DNA of 64,000 bases from Camelus dromedarius (taxonomy: Eukaryota): assembly GCF_036321535.1 (NCBI RefSeq), contig NC_087436.1, positions 68,078,001 through 68,142,000 on the forward strand, read 5' to 3'. The notes beneath the pieces were generated by a model. It was not told the DNA's origin. It saw only the letters and a program-made list of their open reading frames with translations, and made no database searches. The translations under genes and the position numbers were made by a program. Shown piece by piece: positions 39,601 through 52,525 of the stretch (position 1 is its first letter; every line of letters begins with the position of its first letter).

Positions 39601-41520
39601 TATAAAAGACACTGAAGCTACAGACTGCCTGTGAACCATCAGGGTGACATGCTTATGGGCAAGGACAAATATTATTCAAATTGCCTCATTTCATTTGACT
39701 GGCACCAGTTGAAAAGAAACAAATTAAATATTAATATCAGTCTGGCTATTTAGATACCTTATATCTGTTTTTGAGTCTTTCATTTAACAATATCAACATT
39801 TCTAAGTCTGATCATTTCAAAAATAGGTTACTATTCATTAGTAACTGATGGTTTCTCCCTAGTACTTTGAATGATAGTCTTCAATATAAGAATATTACCA
39901 CATTTTAGACATTGTAGAACCTATAAAATAAAGATTAAAATGAGCTTCTACCCTTCTCTCAAGATACTTTCAAATTAATCATAATCTGGGTAAAAATCCA
40001 TGTTTTTTTTTTTACAAGCCTTCACATCCTTCCCAATTATATATATTCATAGTTTATTATTTATAGATGTTTATAGAGAACATGAATATAAATTATATGA
40101 GTATATTATATAATATGTATCATATAAACTCTTTATATGTATAGAGAGGGCCACAAACATCTGGAAAGCTGTAAAAGCAAATGATCAAGCATAAAATCAA
40201 GTAGTCTCTCACAGGAGGTAGAGGAAGAAAAATCAACTTTCCAAACCAGGAAACAAGATTGCTTAAAGGATCACCCTCCCTGCTTCCCCCAAGTAGAAAG
40301 CAGGGCTCTCTCCGTACACATCTGTAAATAAATGACATATAAACTTGGTCATGAATAAAAGAAGAAGGACAACTTTTTGTACCATAAAGAAAGGGTGAAA
40401 GTAAAATACCATCGATATTAAGTGGATTTTTTTCCTTTTTATAGATTTTACATTTAAAACACATATGTCATGACATTTTAATGTAGCAGTTCTGAAATGG
40501 AGAAACAGCACATTGATTTTGTGCCCCAGAGAAAAATAAACAATAGCACTTTCAAAAAAGGCTTTGGCCTGAGATTCCCTTGAACCGTATAAAGGACATT
40601 TATTCCCAAATTGAATGACATTAGTAATGATTGCACTTCCTTGACTACTCTTTTCATCTAAATATTCTGATTTGATAATCCATGAGGTGACCATGATGCC
40701 CAGGCTGTAATATAATACGCTGGTGAATAATTGCTATGAATTCAGATTGACAATAACGAATACCACCAACTTCAGAATAAACTGCATCAGCACAGGATCA
40801 ATAAAGATTGACTGATAGCCTTCATGTACTTAGCTATAAAATCAGAGAAAATTTTACTGAGAGGGAGAAAAAAAAAGTATATGCAAGTGGCATATTTTTT
40901 AAATATTTGTCCTACTTGAAATTCTTTTCTTTTCTATTTTTAGTTTAAGAGACAGACTCTGTGTGATGATTCTTAGTAGTCCTAAAGTGAAATGGAAGAA
41001 AATGCTTTTGTAAGGATCAAACTAAATGTTGAAGAGCTCTTAAAATGTATATATTCTATTTTCAATACAAGTAAAACCTACTAACGGTGATATAAGTTAC
41101 ATCTGACCACAGAGGAATCATTTAAGTTCTCTTAGTTTTAAATACTGCCATCTGAAGATCCTTGTTGTTGACATATGTATTATCTGAGGTCTCCCGGGCA
41201 CAAAGAAAGTAAAATGATATTTGTACACCTTTTTATAACATGAAAAATATTACTAAGTCCACTAAATGATACTCACTGGATTCTCGTTAAAATGCTCTAA
41301 TTAGGATGTCTGATGTAAGTCTAATCTTCCGATGAAATTATATTATGCTAGTATTCTTCTAATAATACTTACAAATTTTCTTCAATCTGACATTCATTGC
41401 AGGAAGCCAAATTTGCAGAATGAAGTATAATATTAGTCAATAGCATGTAAAAACAAGTTGGTTTACTTAGAAAAATTATAAACCCAAATGCCACTTCAAC
41501 AATAGGAAACTCTCACTTAC

Positions 41521-41687
41521 CATTTTTTTAAAAATTACAAATAAATGAAGTCTTCAATCACTTTTATGTTTCCTCTCTGATCACAGTAGAGACCCCAAGT
41601 GAAGAGCCTTAAAGAAGCAGAGCCCAGGATCATGCATGCTCTTCACCTCCTGGAAAACACCAGGAAGCCTCCATGGACAGTTTCCAC
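41521..41687 (-). other. Candidate non-coding or 5'UTR exon (167 nt)
   Basis: Acceptor 'tttccctttatttggcctttctcttcctatgtcag|G' and donor 'ATG|gtaagt'; stops in all three frames. Confidence 0.35.
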
Positions 41688-42569
41688 CTGACATAGGAAG
41701 AGAAAGGCCAAATAAAGGGAAACGAACACTTTCCAAAGACATAAAGAAGATACCTTCATCCCTCTGCATCCAATAGTACTTGTGTACAGTGCTTTAAAAG
41801 ATGGAAGCAAAGTTTGATGGGCCTGCCTACAATTACCAGTGCCATCACCAGCTCTGGATTCTACCCATTTTTACTGAGTGTATATTCTACACAGACAGTC
41901 ATTTCTAATGGGGCACTATGTCATATCTGATGCCACAGAGGTCTCCAAAGACACTGTGTATTTTAATTTCCATTTTCATAAGATTACTTGGGCAAGCTCA
42001 AGTGGTATTGCAAAATTCCTTATTATAGGATGCTTCAGAGTTTCAGATTTAAGACAATGACAGCTTAATTCAGTTGGCATTAGAGCTATCCAAATTTCTT
42101 TTTAATCCATAGACTTCTTTGCAAACAAACTAGTTGGCTCAAATTTGTTATCGTCTCATACCCTTAGAAGGCTCATTTTATAGTTCACATTCAAGAATCT
42201 GAACATCTCAGAAATGTCAGTACAAGTCACACATTCAGCCTAGTCAAATTCATTTTCAGTATAGTCAAGTCTTCTCCCAAAGACCAATTAATTTCGTATA
42301 AATACTCTGTCTTTCAAATTGGAGATGAACTAAACTTTGGCATTTTTCAGTAAAATATTTGTTTACATTAATAAAATAGCTTGACACTTTTTTTTTTCTT
42401 TTATGATTCAGACAGTCAAAAAAGTAAGAACAAGCCCTAAATTAATTATATTTAGCAACTTTTTTGTTATTAGCACAACATGTTCTATTGGAACTGAATT
42501 TGTGAAGGTTTCCAGATAATACTGGAATACTAGATTAACTGCATACATCACTTCCTCCTCTCTCTGTAA

Positions 42570-44300
42570 GGCCACTAAATGATAGGGAGGAGAAAAGGAA
42601 GAAGAAGAAACAAAGAACACCAGGAGGACTCAGGAACAGAAACAGGTTTATATACAACAGCCCCAAAATGTCAACAAGTGTTGGAAAGATGAAAACCAGG
42701 TAGATGAGAGGTAAATAATTATTAAAACAAAAATTTAAAACCTAAGAAAATAGAAAGCTTCTTAAGCCTATGCAGGAGAGAATTAGCCAATTATGCGTTA
42801 GAAACCCAGAAAGACTTAGGAATAATTGGGGACATCAACACCTCGGAATGTGGGGATCACGGTAAGACTAAAAATAAAAGGAGTATTTGAAAGTCAGTTT
42901 CAAGGAGCAGTTAGACCTCCTAATTTCCTTCCCAACCCTAACCATTCACAAGACTACTCCTCTGAACTTTGGTATAATATTTGGAGAACTTGAAAATATT
43001 AGGCTCTGGACCAAAGGATGAGTACCTCAGTAACATTTGAGAACAGGACCACAATTTAATACTGCAAAACAGAAGACTCCTTAGAAGTTTACGATTTCTC
43101 CTATACAGTCCAAGACTTTGGCAGCCAGATTATACTCCCCAGGACTGTAACTGAAGAATGTTTCTTGGACAAACAATCCAGCCCAAAAGAAAATATATAC
43201 TGACAGTGAAATTTGGACATCCCCAATTAACTGGTGATTCTGCCAGATCACTCCACAGTGAAGTCTAACAGAAAACTAATTCTGCCCAGACACTAGAGTG
43301 TGCAGCTTTTAGGGCTTCAATCTTAAATATGAACAGATAGTCAAAGATCATGAAACAATTGATGAAAGCCTTCAACATCAATGTTAGAAAATTAAAAAAC
43401 AAAATAGAGATGAACACTAATTAATATCCTTGAAGATACTGCTCCATGAATAAAGAACAGGATGCTATTTTTAAAAAGGACAATTAGAAAAAAAGAGAAA
43501 CCTTTTGGATATAGAACTATGACAGTTAAACTTTCCAGCTGAAATTTTGGAAGACAAAGTTGAGAAATATCTCAAAAACCAGTATGAAAGAAAAAATTAA
43601 AGAAAACAATTAGACGATCTGGGAAGTTCAACTGCTGACCAATGAAAGTTCTAGAGGTAAAAGGGTAAAAATGAAATGCAGGAGAAATGTGTTTAAAAAA
43701 AATAAAATAACATTTCTCTAAACTCAAAGACACTAGTTATCATCATAACTAAAGAAAAATGACTCATCAAAGCATATCAACATAGGTTTCTGAGATCTAG
43801 AGATAAAGACATCCTAAAGGTTTCCAAGGAAAATAAGGAGGAGGAAGAGGAAAAGGAGAAGTAGGAGAAAGAGGGAGAAGAAAATAAATGAAGTTACAAG
43901 CAAAGATACAGGATTAAAGTTGGTGTTGATTTTCTCACAAGTTCTCCATCCTGAAATTCCCTCCAAATAATTAGTCAAGCTGTAAGGTAGAATAAAGACA
44001 GTTTTAGACAAATGCTCAAAAATTTTACCCCTCTTGTACTATTCCTAAAATAGCTATTCCAAAAATGGTGGCTGGAGGCATATGAAAAAAGGGCACGGGA
44101 AGCGGAAAATAATGGTTCTATATTACTGGAGAGTGAATGGAATTCCCAGGATGGGAGAGGAAAATGACATGTTGATGACTGTACAACAGACAAGACAGCA
44201 GTCTCCACTGGACCAGGAGCATAAAGGGCACCAGTATGTCTCCAAATGAAAGGGGAAAAAAAGCTACTGGTAGATTATCTAATACGTTTGGCCTTAGTGA
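42570..44300 (+). mobile_element. HAL1 (Half-L1, ORF1-only LINE relative), 5' and ORF1 part, decayed
   Basis: 'ccatgaataaagaacaggatgctattttt...ttggaagacaaagttgagaaatatctc' and 'aattcccaggatg...cagtctccactggaccaggag' match recalled HAL1 consensus. Confidence 0.7.
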
Positions 44301-44309
44301 GACGCTTTC

Positions 44310-44720
44310 TTTATTTTTTAATTAACTTAATATTTAGGAACAATTTTAGAGTTATAAAAAAGTTTGCAAAGGTAATCCAAAGGTTCCCTGTATATCCCTC
44401 AATTAGTTTCTCCACAGTTAACATCTTGAATTACCACAGTGCATTTGCCAAAAATAAGAAACTGACATTAGTATTTTACAAAAAATTAAGTCCAGACTTC
44501 TATTAGATTTTACCAGTTTTTCCACTTGTGTCTTCTGTCTCCTTCAGAATCCAATCCAGGCTAAGTTGTTACGTCTTCCCAGTCTCCTCCCATCTTTGAC
44601 AGTTTCTCAGACTCTAAGTTTTTCATGTGACAGTCTTGAGAAGTGTTAGCCCAGTATCTGGATTTCTCTGATGTTTTTCTCATGATTAGACTGGGATTAA
44701 ACTCCATATCCTAAAGGGGG
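44310..44720 (-). mobile_element. L1MD-like 3' end (antisense) inserted in HAL1
   Basis: 'aattttagagttataaaaaagtttgcaaag...gttaacatcttgaattacc...aatccaatccagg...catgattagactggg'. Confidence 0.75.
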
Positions 44721-44763
44721 TAATTATCTGCCTATATCATTTGAATTTTTCTATAAAGAAGAT

Positions 44764-45318
44764 GTGTTTCCATGTATCTTTTCAACTAGAGTTCCCTTCA
44801 AATATACGCCCATGAGTGGGACTGCTGGATCATATGGCAAGTCTATTTTTAGTTTTTTGAGCAATCTCCATACTGTTTTCTGTAACGGCTGGACCAAACT
44901 ATATTCCCACCAATAGCGTAGGAGGGTTCCCTTTTCTCCACACCCTCTCCAGCATTTATTGTGTGTAGACTTTTGAATGATGGCCATTCTGACTGTTGTG
45001 AGGTGATACCTCATTGTAGTTTTGATTTGCATTTCTCTGGATAATTAGTAGTATTGAGCATTTTTTCATGTGCCTATTGGCCATTTGTACGTCTTCATCA
45101 GAGAACTGCTTGTTTAGGTCTTCTGCCCATTTTTGGATTGGTTTGTTTGTTTTTTTGGTATTAAGTCGTGTGAGCTGTTTATATATTTGGGAAATTAAGT
45201 CCTTGTGAGCCACATCATTTGCAAATAATTTCTCCCATTCCATAGGTTGTCATTTTGTTTTGCTTATGGTTTCCTTTGCTGTGCAAAAGCTTCTAAGTTT
45301 AATTAGGTCCCATTTGTT
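44764..45318 (-). mobile_element. Relatively young L1 ORF2 C-terminal fragment (frameshifted, no 3'UTR or tail)
   Basis: ORF track: EWEKLFAND...[11 protein letters not shown] and [34 protein letters not shown]...LPYDPAVPL. This is the L1 ORF2 Cys-rich domain, with HC changed to RY. Confidence 0.95.
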
Positions 45319-45548
45319 CTCCTGTGTCTCTTTGAAATGACTCCATCCTTCCCCTTTTAAAGCACGTCACTTCTTTCTGGTACTACAAGATGCTCGTGGC
45401 TAAACTAATATTTGCCCTGCCCCAGCCTGAGAGTCAGTCATTTCTCCAAGGAACACTGATTCCTTTTATTGGAAAACAGTATTTAGAATACAGGATCTGT
45501 GTGTGCTGAGTGTGCTCATTGCTAGTAGCATATCATTGCTTCAAGGCA
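45319..45548 (-). mobile_element. L1MD-like 3'UTR, continuation
   Basis: 'ttctggtactacaagatgctc...catttctccaaggaacactgattccttttattgg...gtgtgctcattgcta'. Confidence 0.75.
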
Positions 45549-45549
45549 A

Positions 45550-46100
45550 GGAAGGGCATTTCATAACTTGTCAAGAGTGTTGATGGAGTGTAAGTAATGG
45601 ATACGTACAGAAGAAAACAAACCAAAAGAGGCAATGTTTAATTCTAGGTTTAAAAAACATTTCAAAAGAAAGCAAATATATTTATAATATGGTACTTTGG
45701 TATTTTGTTTGGAAATAACAATATTACATATCCATAATGATGTAAATACTTAATATTATTTCATTAAACCAAGAAATATGACATGATCATGTGGTAAGGA
45801 TAGGCATTACAGAAGTGTTTGTGAGTTTATTGAAAGTGAGTGGCCTCTGAACACAAATATTCATCTAGCACAGCAGAAAAATCATTAGATAATGTCAAAA
45901 CTTAAGTGAAGAAATAGCAGTATATGTAGCTTATTTAGAAATATGGGTGTAAATGCTAGAAGATTTAGTTAAAGTGTTGACCATTCTTACCTCTGTGGAG
46001 GGATGTCTTGGGTGAAGCATGTGACTACCTTTAATTATTAAACTATTATATTTTAAACTAAGTACACATAGTCCATGATAGAAAGGAAAAAAAATTTTTA
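45550..46100 (+). mobile_element. HAL1 3' portion
   Basis: 'taattctagg...aatcattagataatgtc...aactaagtacacatag' ending in an A-run. Confidence 0.55.
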
Positions 46101-46859
46101 AATCAGTTAGCCAGGGACACCTGCACATAGATTAGAAATGCCCTTCCTGCTTCTTTACTGTAATTTCCCAACTTTCCAAAATACATATGAAATATCATCA
46201 ATGACTAAAAAAAAACTTCACAATTAAAAAAGGTAATAAGCATACATACATAGCAGCAGTTAATATTTTGTTAAAAGTAACAGAGTTAGATCAAACTGAA
46301 ATTTTAAAAAATATGATTAGCAATACTAGAAACAGAAATCTGTCTTGGGGAAAAAAATCCTTTGTTACAGAATATCAATGGAAGGAGGAGGCAAGGGAAG
46401 ACTGAAAATCATGTTCTAGGTGTGAATTTAGAGAGAAGCCTTTATGCCATATAAAGAGATATAGTTAACATGAGGAAAAATAAAAGACAAAATATTCACG
46501 TCTGTATCTGTGTGTGTGAATTAATTTGGCTACTTCTACATATTTTAATTGGAAAATACCCATGGATGCCAAATCTTCTTCCACAAACTTGAAAGAACGT
46601 TATCTTCTTTTATCCCATTTCATAGATGGGGTAAATTCTCAACTAGGAAGAAACTGAATAGTTCATGAAGCTCACATTATACTCACTCTCAAATGCCTCG
46701 CACTCCCATGAAGTTCTGCTCCTACATACTAGAAAGGACTTTTGACAATATACAAAGCAAAGTGAGGAAGAAGTTAGAGTAACAATATAGGATTATCTGA
46801 ATGAATATCCAGATAGAACCATATTACCTAGAGATGGTACTAGCATATGCCTGGGATAT

Positions 46860-47010
46860 GTACCTTAGATCTCTAAAACCTCCCATTTCCTCAGCAATAA
46901 AATGTGCATAATAATGGCACCTAAATCATAAAGATCCAGTGAATATTAAGCAGGATATTAAGTCTAAAGTGCTCAAAATATGCTTAGAAAATAATTAGAG
47001 ATCCATAAAT
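46860..47010 (+). mobile_element. MIR
   Basis: 'cccatttcctcagcaataaaatg...ataatggcacctaaatcata...taaagtgctca'. Confidence 0.65.
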
Positions 47011-48784
47011 TGCAGCTAATGCTTGTATTTATATACATATTGGTATCATTTAACCCAATGATATCACTGCTCTTTAAATCAAGGGAATTCGCTTAAATGT
47101 TAGATGCAGAGAAGCAAAGCCACAGTGGGTCCCTAGGCTATGTATTATTTGGATCACAGAAAGAGGAAGGGCCAGATAGGCCCAGTTCCTCCAATTCTTT
47201 CATTAATCCCTCCTCTAATCTCTACATCAGGTCACCTGTCCAAATGCAGCAGATTCAGAAACACAAGTATGTATCGTGATGAAACTTAAATGACAGTTTC
47301 TTAAATATTGATGAGATCAGAAGTTAATATGGAACTAGACTCCTTAAAAGATTTTTTTTAAGAATAAGACTAATTTGTCATAATTTAGCTTAACTAAGTC
47401 CAAAGACTTTCTGTTTCCTGTGGTCTAGGAATGCTCTGGTTTGACTGAAGCCTGATTATTTATTATTTAACTTTAACTACGAGGAAGTGTCCCCTTAGAA
47501 ACACTCTTCAGGAAATGATTAGTTTTTGGTACTTGACTTGAGACTTTCTACATATAGGAAACAGGTAATTGTACAATCTGTAATTTCCCTTCAGAGAGCT
47601 GATGTTGGTTAAATGCATCAGCTAAATCATAAGCATTAACATCAATATCTCCAACTGGTTAGATATCAACTTTGTGTTCTAGGAAATTATGATAAATGTC
47701 CAATTTCTGTTGAGAATTAAAAGTTTCGTCTCATGAAATGGGTATGTGCATTGTATTCCTGACATAGAAGCAGTATAGACAGTGCAAAAGACTTCACTTT
47801 TGAGTTGGGCTCTATGTCTGATCTGGAGAAATTGTGTAACCCTACAAGCTTTAGTCATATGTTGTGTAGATACATTAAGATAATGCTTTTTAAAGTACTT
47901 AATATAGGGCCTGCTCAATAGATTACTAACAGACTATTAATTGCATCACTATCATCATTTTAAAGGTAAAGTATCAAGGCTATTTTGCTCAAAGTCCCAT
48001 AGTTAATAATAAATCAATAAATTTTTACTTTATTTTTCACATTTCCTTTTCCAAGCCCCAAAATATTGTTTTTCCCATTGGCCACAATTTTAATGGCAGA
48101 ACTGAAGTTTGATCCCAGCAATTCCAACTCATTCTGCAAAACCTTAGTTTCATCTCTCACAGTCATAAATTGCTGAAGGATTATTTGCTAAGACATAGAC
48201 TTCTCCCTCCTTTCCTCCCTCCCTCCTCATCTTCCTTCCGTCCTTCTCTTTGTCTTGATTGTCAGTGAAAAGTGCTCCTAGCTAGAGGAAAGAAAAGAAA
48301 AATCTTCACTGAGTTCCAACAATGAATGGTTCAAATGGTTCAAACATCCAGCACATGCCCACATTAAAAGTCTCTTTTTTTTCAGTCACTAATGAGAAAA
48401 ACACAATAAGAACCTATGACTTGCTCTAGGACAACAATATTTTACAGCCTGTCAATTGACTGAAGCCCCAAGGTGGCCTCAAATTTGAATAGTGAAAACA
48501 AAAAAGAGAGATTTTATTAGAGGTCAAGGGAAAAGTGTTCATGCAGTAGCCTGAAGCTAGGCCAAGGGCACATCGCACATCCCTCAACAGAGTAAGAAAT
48601 TATTCTAACAATCTCACAAATGTTGGAATTTAATATGGCTTGGGCTACTTTATACTATACTCAAGTACATGTTTCAAAAAGCATTTAATCTTTTTATGAG
48701 AATCCACACAAGTGTTTCTTAACAGATCAATCTTTAGTATAAAATAGAGCCAACAAGCTTATTAAATTATCGTCCATAAAAGAT

Positions 48785-49280
48785 TTATAGGCTTTCAGAA
48801 CTAGAAGATACTCAGACTTTCCTAGCTTGATTGGTTCAGAGAATTATTTCTGGGGTACATTTCTCCCAAAGAAGAAATTCTATAACTAATCAAATAAGTC
48901 TGAGAATCATTTGGGTAAATAAAGCTCAGCAACATTTTTCTTTTTTTCTTTTCTTCTCTGTGTTTTTTAAACTCCAGAACTTGAAACCTTTAATATTCTA
49001 GAATATGTTGTGAATTTCAAAGAAGAAAATACAGACTGCTTTATTTCCCAAGCTTTTGTGACTGGAGATTATTTTTTTCTAACAGTACACCTATCAAGTG
49101 GTTCCGTTAAGTAATGTTTAGAAAAAAAGGGCTAATGTAATCTAAAATATTATACACAGGACAAAACAAAGGCCAAAGAATGAATTGTTTTTCTTAAGAG
49201 CAACCAACTAACTAATAATATACTAGAGGTGGACCTTGGACTCCTGATTCCTAGTCATGAATACTTTCCACTCCACCATT
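48785..49280. mobile_element. MIR (antisense) split by a hAT/Charlie-type MER insertion (~48825-49130)
   Basis: MIR halves ('cagaactagaagata...' and 'ggactcctgattcctagtc...ctttccactccacca') flank 'aacctttaatattctag...tgtgaatttcaaag...tttcccaagc'. Confidence 0.5.
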
Positions 49281-50077
49281 CTAAATGTTAAGGACCTCTC
49301 CTGAGACAGAAATGTAGTTTACAGCTAGGGAAATGATGTTTCTATATTATGCTAAATCAAGTTATGTGTCAAAAATCTAATACTTGATGATAGGAATGGA
49401 AATGTCCTGGATGAAAAGCTGGGGAGTCTTAATAACAGTCTTAACACTTAACTCAAGTGCCTACATCTCACCCTCAGGAAAAGGAAGACCATCTTTCATT
49501 AGCCACAACATAAGAGTATTAAGAAGATAAAATAAAATAGTGGGCTTATAAGTGGAATCATAAAATAATATACAAAGAAAGTGCACTGTTATTGGTAATA
49601 AATATCACTATTGTTTTCTTAGTTTTCAGAATTTATTTTGGGTAAGTACTCTAATGTATTTCCTCTTCTAATATGTTGTCTCAGGATGTCTAGTGAAGGG
49701 AGGTTACTAGTCTTCAAAAAGAAAAAAATTATCAGTCACCTAATATTATTTACTTCCATAACAAGAAAAAAAATCCCTTGAAAATAAATAAGATAAATAA
49801 TGCATAAAGGAATTATTAGAATGTCAGGCATTTAGATAAAAATCATCATTTGCAAACACTGCAATATTCTAGTAGAACGTATGACACAGTACATGCTTAA
49901 GAATTTACTGGGGAGATTCACCAGTAGAATAACACAAGTTTCAGTCTGAGCTCAGGTTTTGATATACTTAGCATATGAATGTGAAAGAAAGGAAACATTT
50001 TTAGAAATAAGTAACTAGAAAAATCTCCACAGAGAATTCATTCTGTTATTTCATGGAAGGACAGTCTTTCCATCTAT

Positions 50078-50470
50078 TCATTCATTCATTCATTCAACAA
50101 GTATCTATTGGCTATTCAGAATATGCCAAGAATTATTTTACCCTCAGGGGGTATGGCAAATAAGCAAGAAAGATTATTGTTCTCGTTAAGTTTACATTTA
50201 TATAAGTAAAATGAATAATAAAGCAAAATAATAAGCAAAAAAAAATCATTCCAACAAAGCACTTTGAAGACAATAAAAAGAGGCTAACGAGATAGAGAAG
50301 GCAGATAAGGGAGAGGGAATCCTTGGATGAGGAGAAAAACACTTGGACAGGAGAGGTAAAGAAGGCCTGTCCGAGGAAGTGATGTGTGAGCTGACAGCCA
50401 AGTGATGAGAACACACTTAATAACCTGTTTGAAAATCTGGAGGCAAGGGGTATTGTTGAGCAGGAGTTAT
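50078..50470 (-). mobile_element. L2 3' end (antisense)
   Basis: 'ttcattcattcattcattcaacaagtatctattg' and 'gaaggcctgtccgaggaagtgatgtgtgagctga'. Confidence 0.8.
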
Positions 50471-51605
50471 GTTGTCCCATGGGAGTTATAAAACCATGAT
50501 TTAAAATTCCACAGGGGAAAATAAAGAAGGATTATGCAAAAACAGAAAAATGAGGAAGAAATGGAGAAGTATGATGATCAAAGAGACTGCAATATTAACA
50601 CTGTAGCTAGAATAGTTAGGAAGACTTCAAGAGTGAAAATCTGTCCTCCCACAGACATAGGGAACTCTCTGAAAATCAAAAGGAGCCTTGAGATCTTCCT
50701 TTAAGGTGCATTTGATAGAAGATGCCTCTAGATTAGAAAGGAGGTAAAAAAGAACAGCACATGCACACAAATGGAATACCAGTTAGTTCAGCCTGGCAGT
50801 GAATGTTACAGGAAAACAAAGCCCAAGCAGAATGAATATAATCTTTCAAATGTGAAGAACAGCAGTTATAAATGGATAAAAATATCTCCTGTTCAGAAAT
50901 AGTAAAAGATGGAAATGATGAATGAAAGAAGATATTAAAGCAGTACAGGGAAATTTTCTAAATTCATAGGAAAAGTTTCTAAATTCAATTTAGGAATATG
51001 ATGAAAGAGCCTGAGGCATCTCAAGGATTAGCATGCTTCTTAAGAGGTTCAATCCAAATGTCTCCTTAGAGAATAAAAATTGAGACTCCAAAGAGATAAC
51101 AATCCAAAAAACAGGGTCCTAAGACAGAAATTTTGCCTCTAACTTCTAAGTGGCTGAAGAGTTCAACTTACTCCTCCTTTAGGAAGGAGTAGTAAATGAG
51201 ACTCACATTCAATATACACATTATATTATGCATCTTTTATTCATTCGTGCTCCATCCCTGCCCTTCAGCTCATGTTTAGCACAGTAACCCATGTGTGACA
51301 TATGATAGATACCAAATAAATATTGGCCTATTTTTAGTGTAAAGTGCAAGGACTTTGGAAATGGACCTGGTACCTCAATTTCTTGGGCTTATAATAATGT
51401 GATACTGGCCTCTCTCAGAAAAGAAGTTTGAAATAAAATATCTTTTCCCCTTTCCAGTCACTCACCCCTTTACTCTTCTTCAAGCATATATCAAAATCCA
51501 GGTAGTATTTTATTTCACCATCAAGGATATGTTGCTGTCAATTTATTCAAGTTTGAGGACAATGTTCAGGCCAAATTTATTAGGAGGTAGCAATTTATAA
51601 GAGGA

Positions 51606-51982
51606 TATATTAGTCTGCTGAGGCTGCCATAACAAAATATCTCAGACTGGGTGGCTTAAACAACAGAAATTTACTTTCTCACAGTTTTGGAGACTAGAAG
51701 TCTAAGATCAAGGTTTTGTTCGGGTTGGTTTCTGGTGAGACATCTCCTCCTGGATTATACACGACTTTCTTCTTGCTGTGTCCTCATATGGTCTGTTATA
51801 CATGGAGGGGGGAGCGGTGGATGTGTGCGTGGGAAGAGAGAAATAACTTTCTTATAGGGACAGTAGGATTAGGGTCCCATCCTTATGATCTCATTTGATA
51901 TAATTATCTCTCTCTCTCAATACAGTCACATTGGAAGTTAGCACTTCAACACAGAAATTTTACAGGGACACAATCCATAACA
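51606..51982 (-). mobile_element. MaLR solo LTR (MLT1A-like)
   Basis: 'tattagtctgctgaggctgccataacaaaatatctcagactgggtggcttaaacaacagaaattta...ctagaagtctaagatcaagg...ccataaca'. Confidence 0.9.
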
Positions 51983-52082
51983 CAGGGTTTACAGTCCATA
52001 ATACGGGGTTTTAAAAAAAAGAATGTGCTAAACAAATAGTTTCTGTATCTCTTATACCGCTTTGGCTTCTTAATAGCATACA

Positions 52083-52525
52083 TATCCATTAGCTACTGCC
52101 ACAAAATTGTTATGTTGCTAACTTCCTCTAAATTTGACTTAAAACAACAATCCTTTATTCTCACAGATCTGTGAGTAGACTGATGCTGATGCAGGGTGGG
52201 CTCAGAAGCCCTTCTGATTTTACCTGGATTATATTCCATACCTGAGGGGAATCCTGGATGGGGCTCTGACTTGGGCTGTGATGGACCAGCTCTGCTCCAT
52301 GTAACCCTTCCCCTGGGACCAGCAGGTGGGCCCTGTCTTTTTCATCTCATAGCAAAGGCAAAAGCTCAAGAGAGCACATCTAATCAGTCAGGGGCCTCGC
52401 CTGTGTCAAATCTGCCAACACCTTATTGGTCAAACAAGTTATTTGGCTACACCCAGAACCAAGGTAGAGAAATTACACTATACGCATGGAAGTGGGCAAA
52501 GACAGTGAACAATTTTTTTAATTTA
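52083..52525 (-). mobile_element. Older MaLR LTR (MLT1H/I/J-like)
   Basis: 'gacttaaaacaacaatcctttattctcacagatctgtgag...ttattggtcaaacaagt'. Confidence 0.7.

Noticed and set aside
40120..40694. Two overlapping minus-strand ORFs (114 and 143 aa)
   Set aside because: No domain or codon signal, and no flanking splice or promoter context; consistent with chance.
172..46399. 16-nt match GGAGGAGGCAAGGGAA at ~172 and ~46384
   Set aside because: Low-complexity purine word with no flanking similarity.
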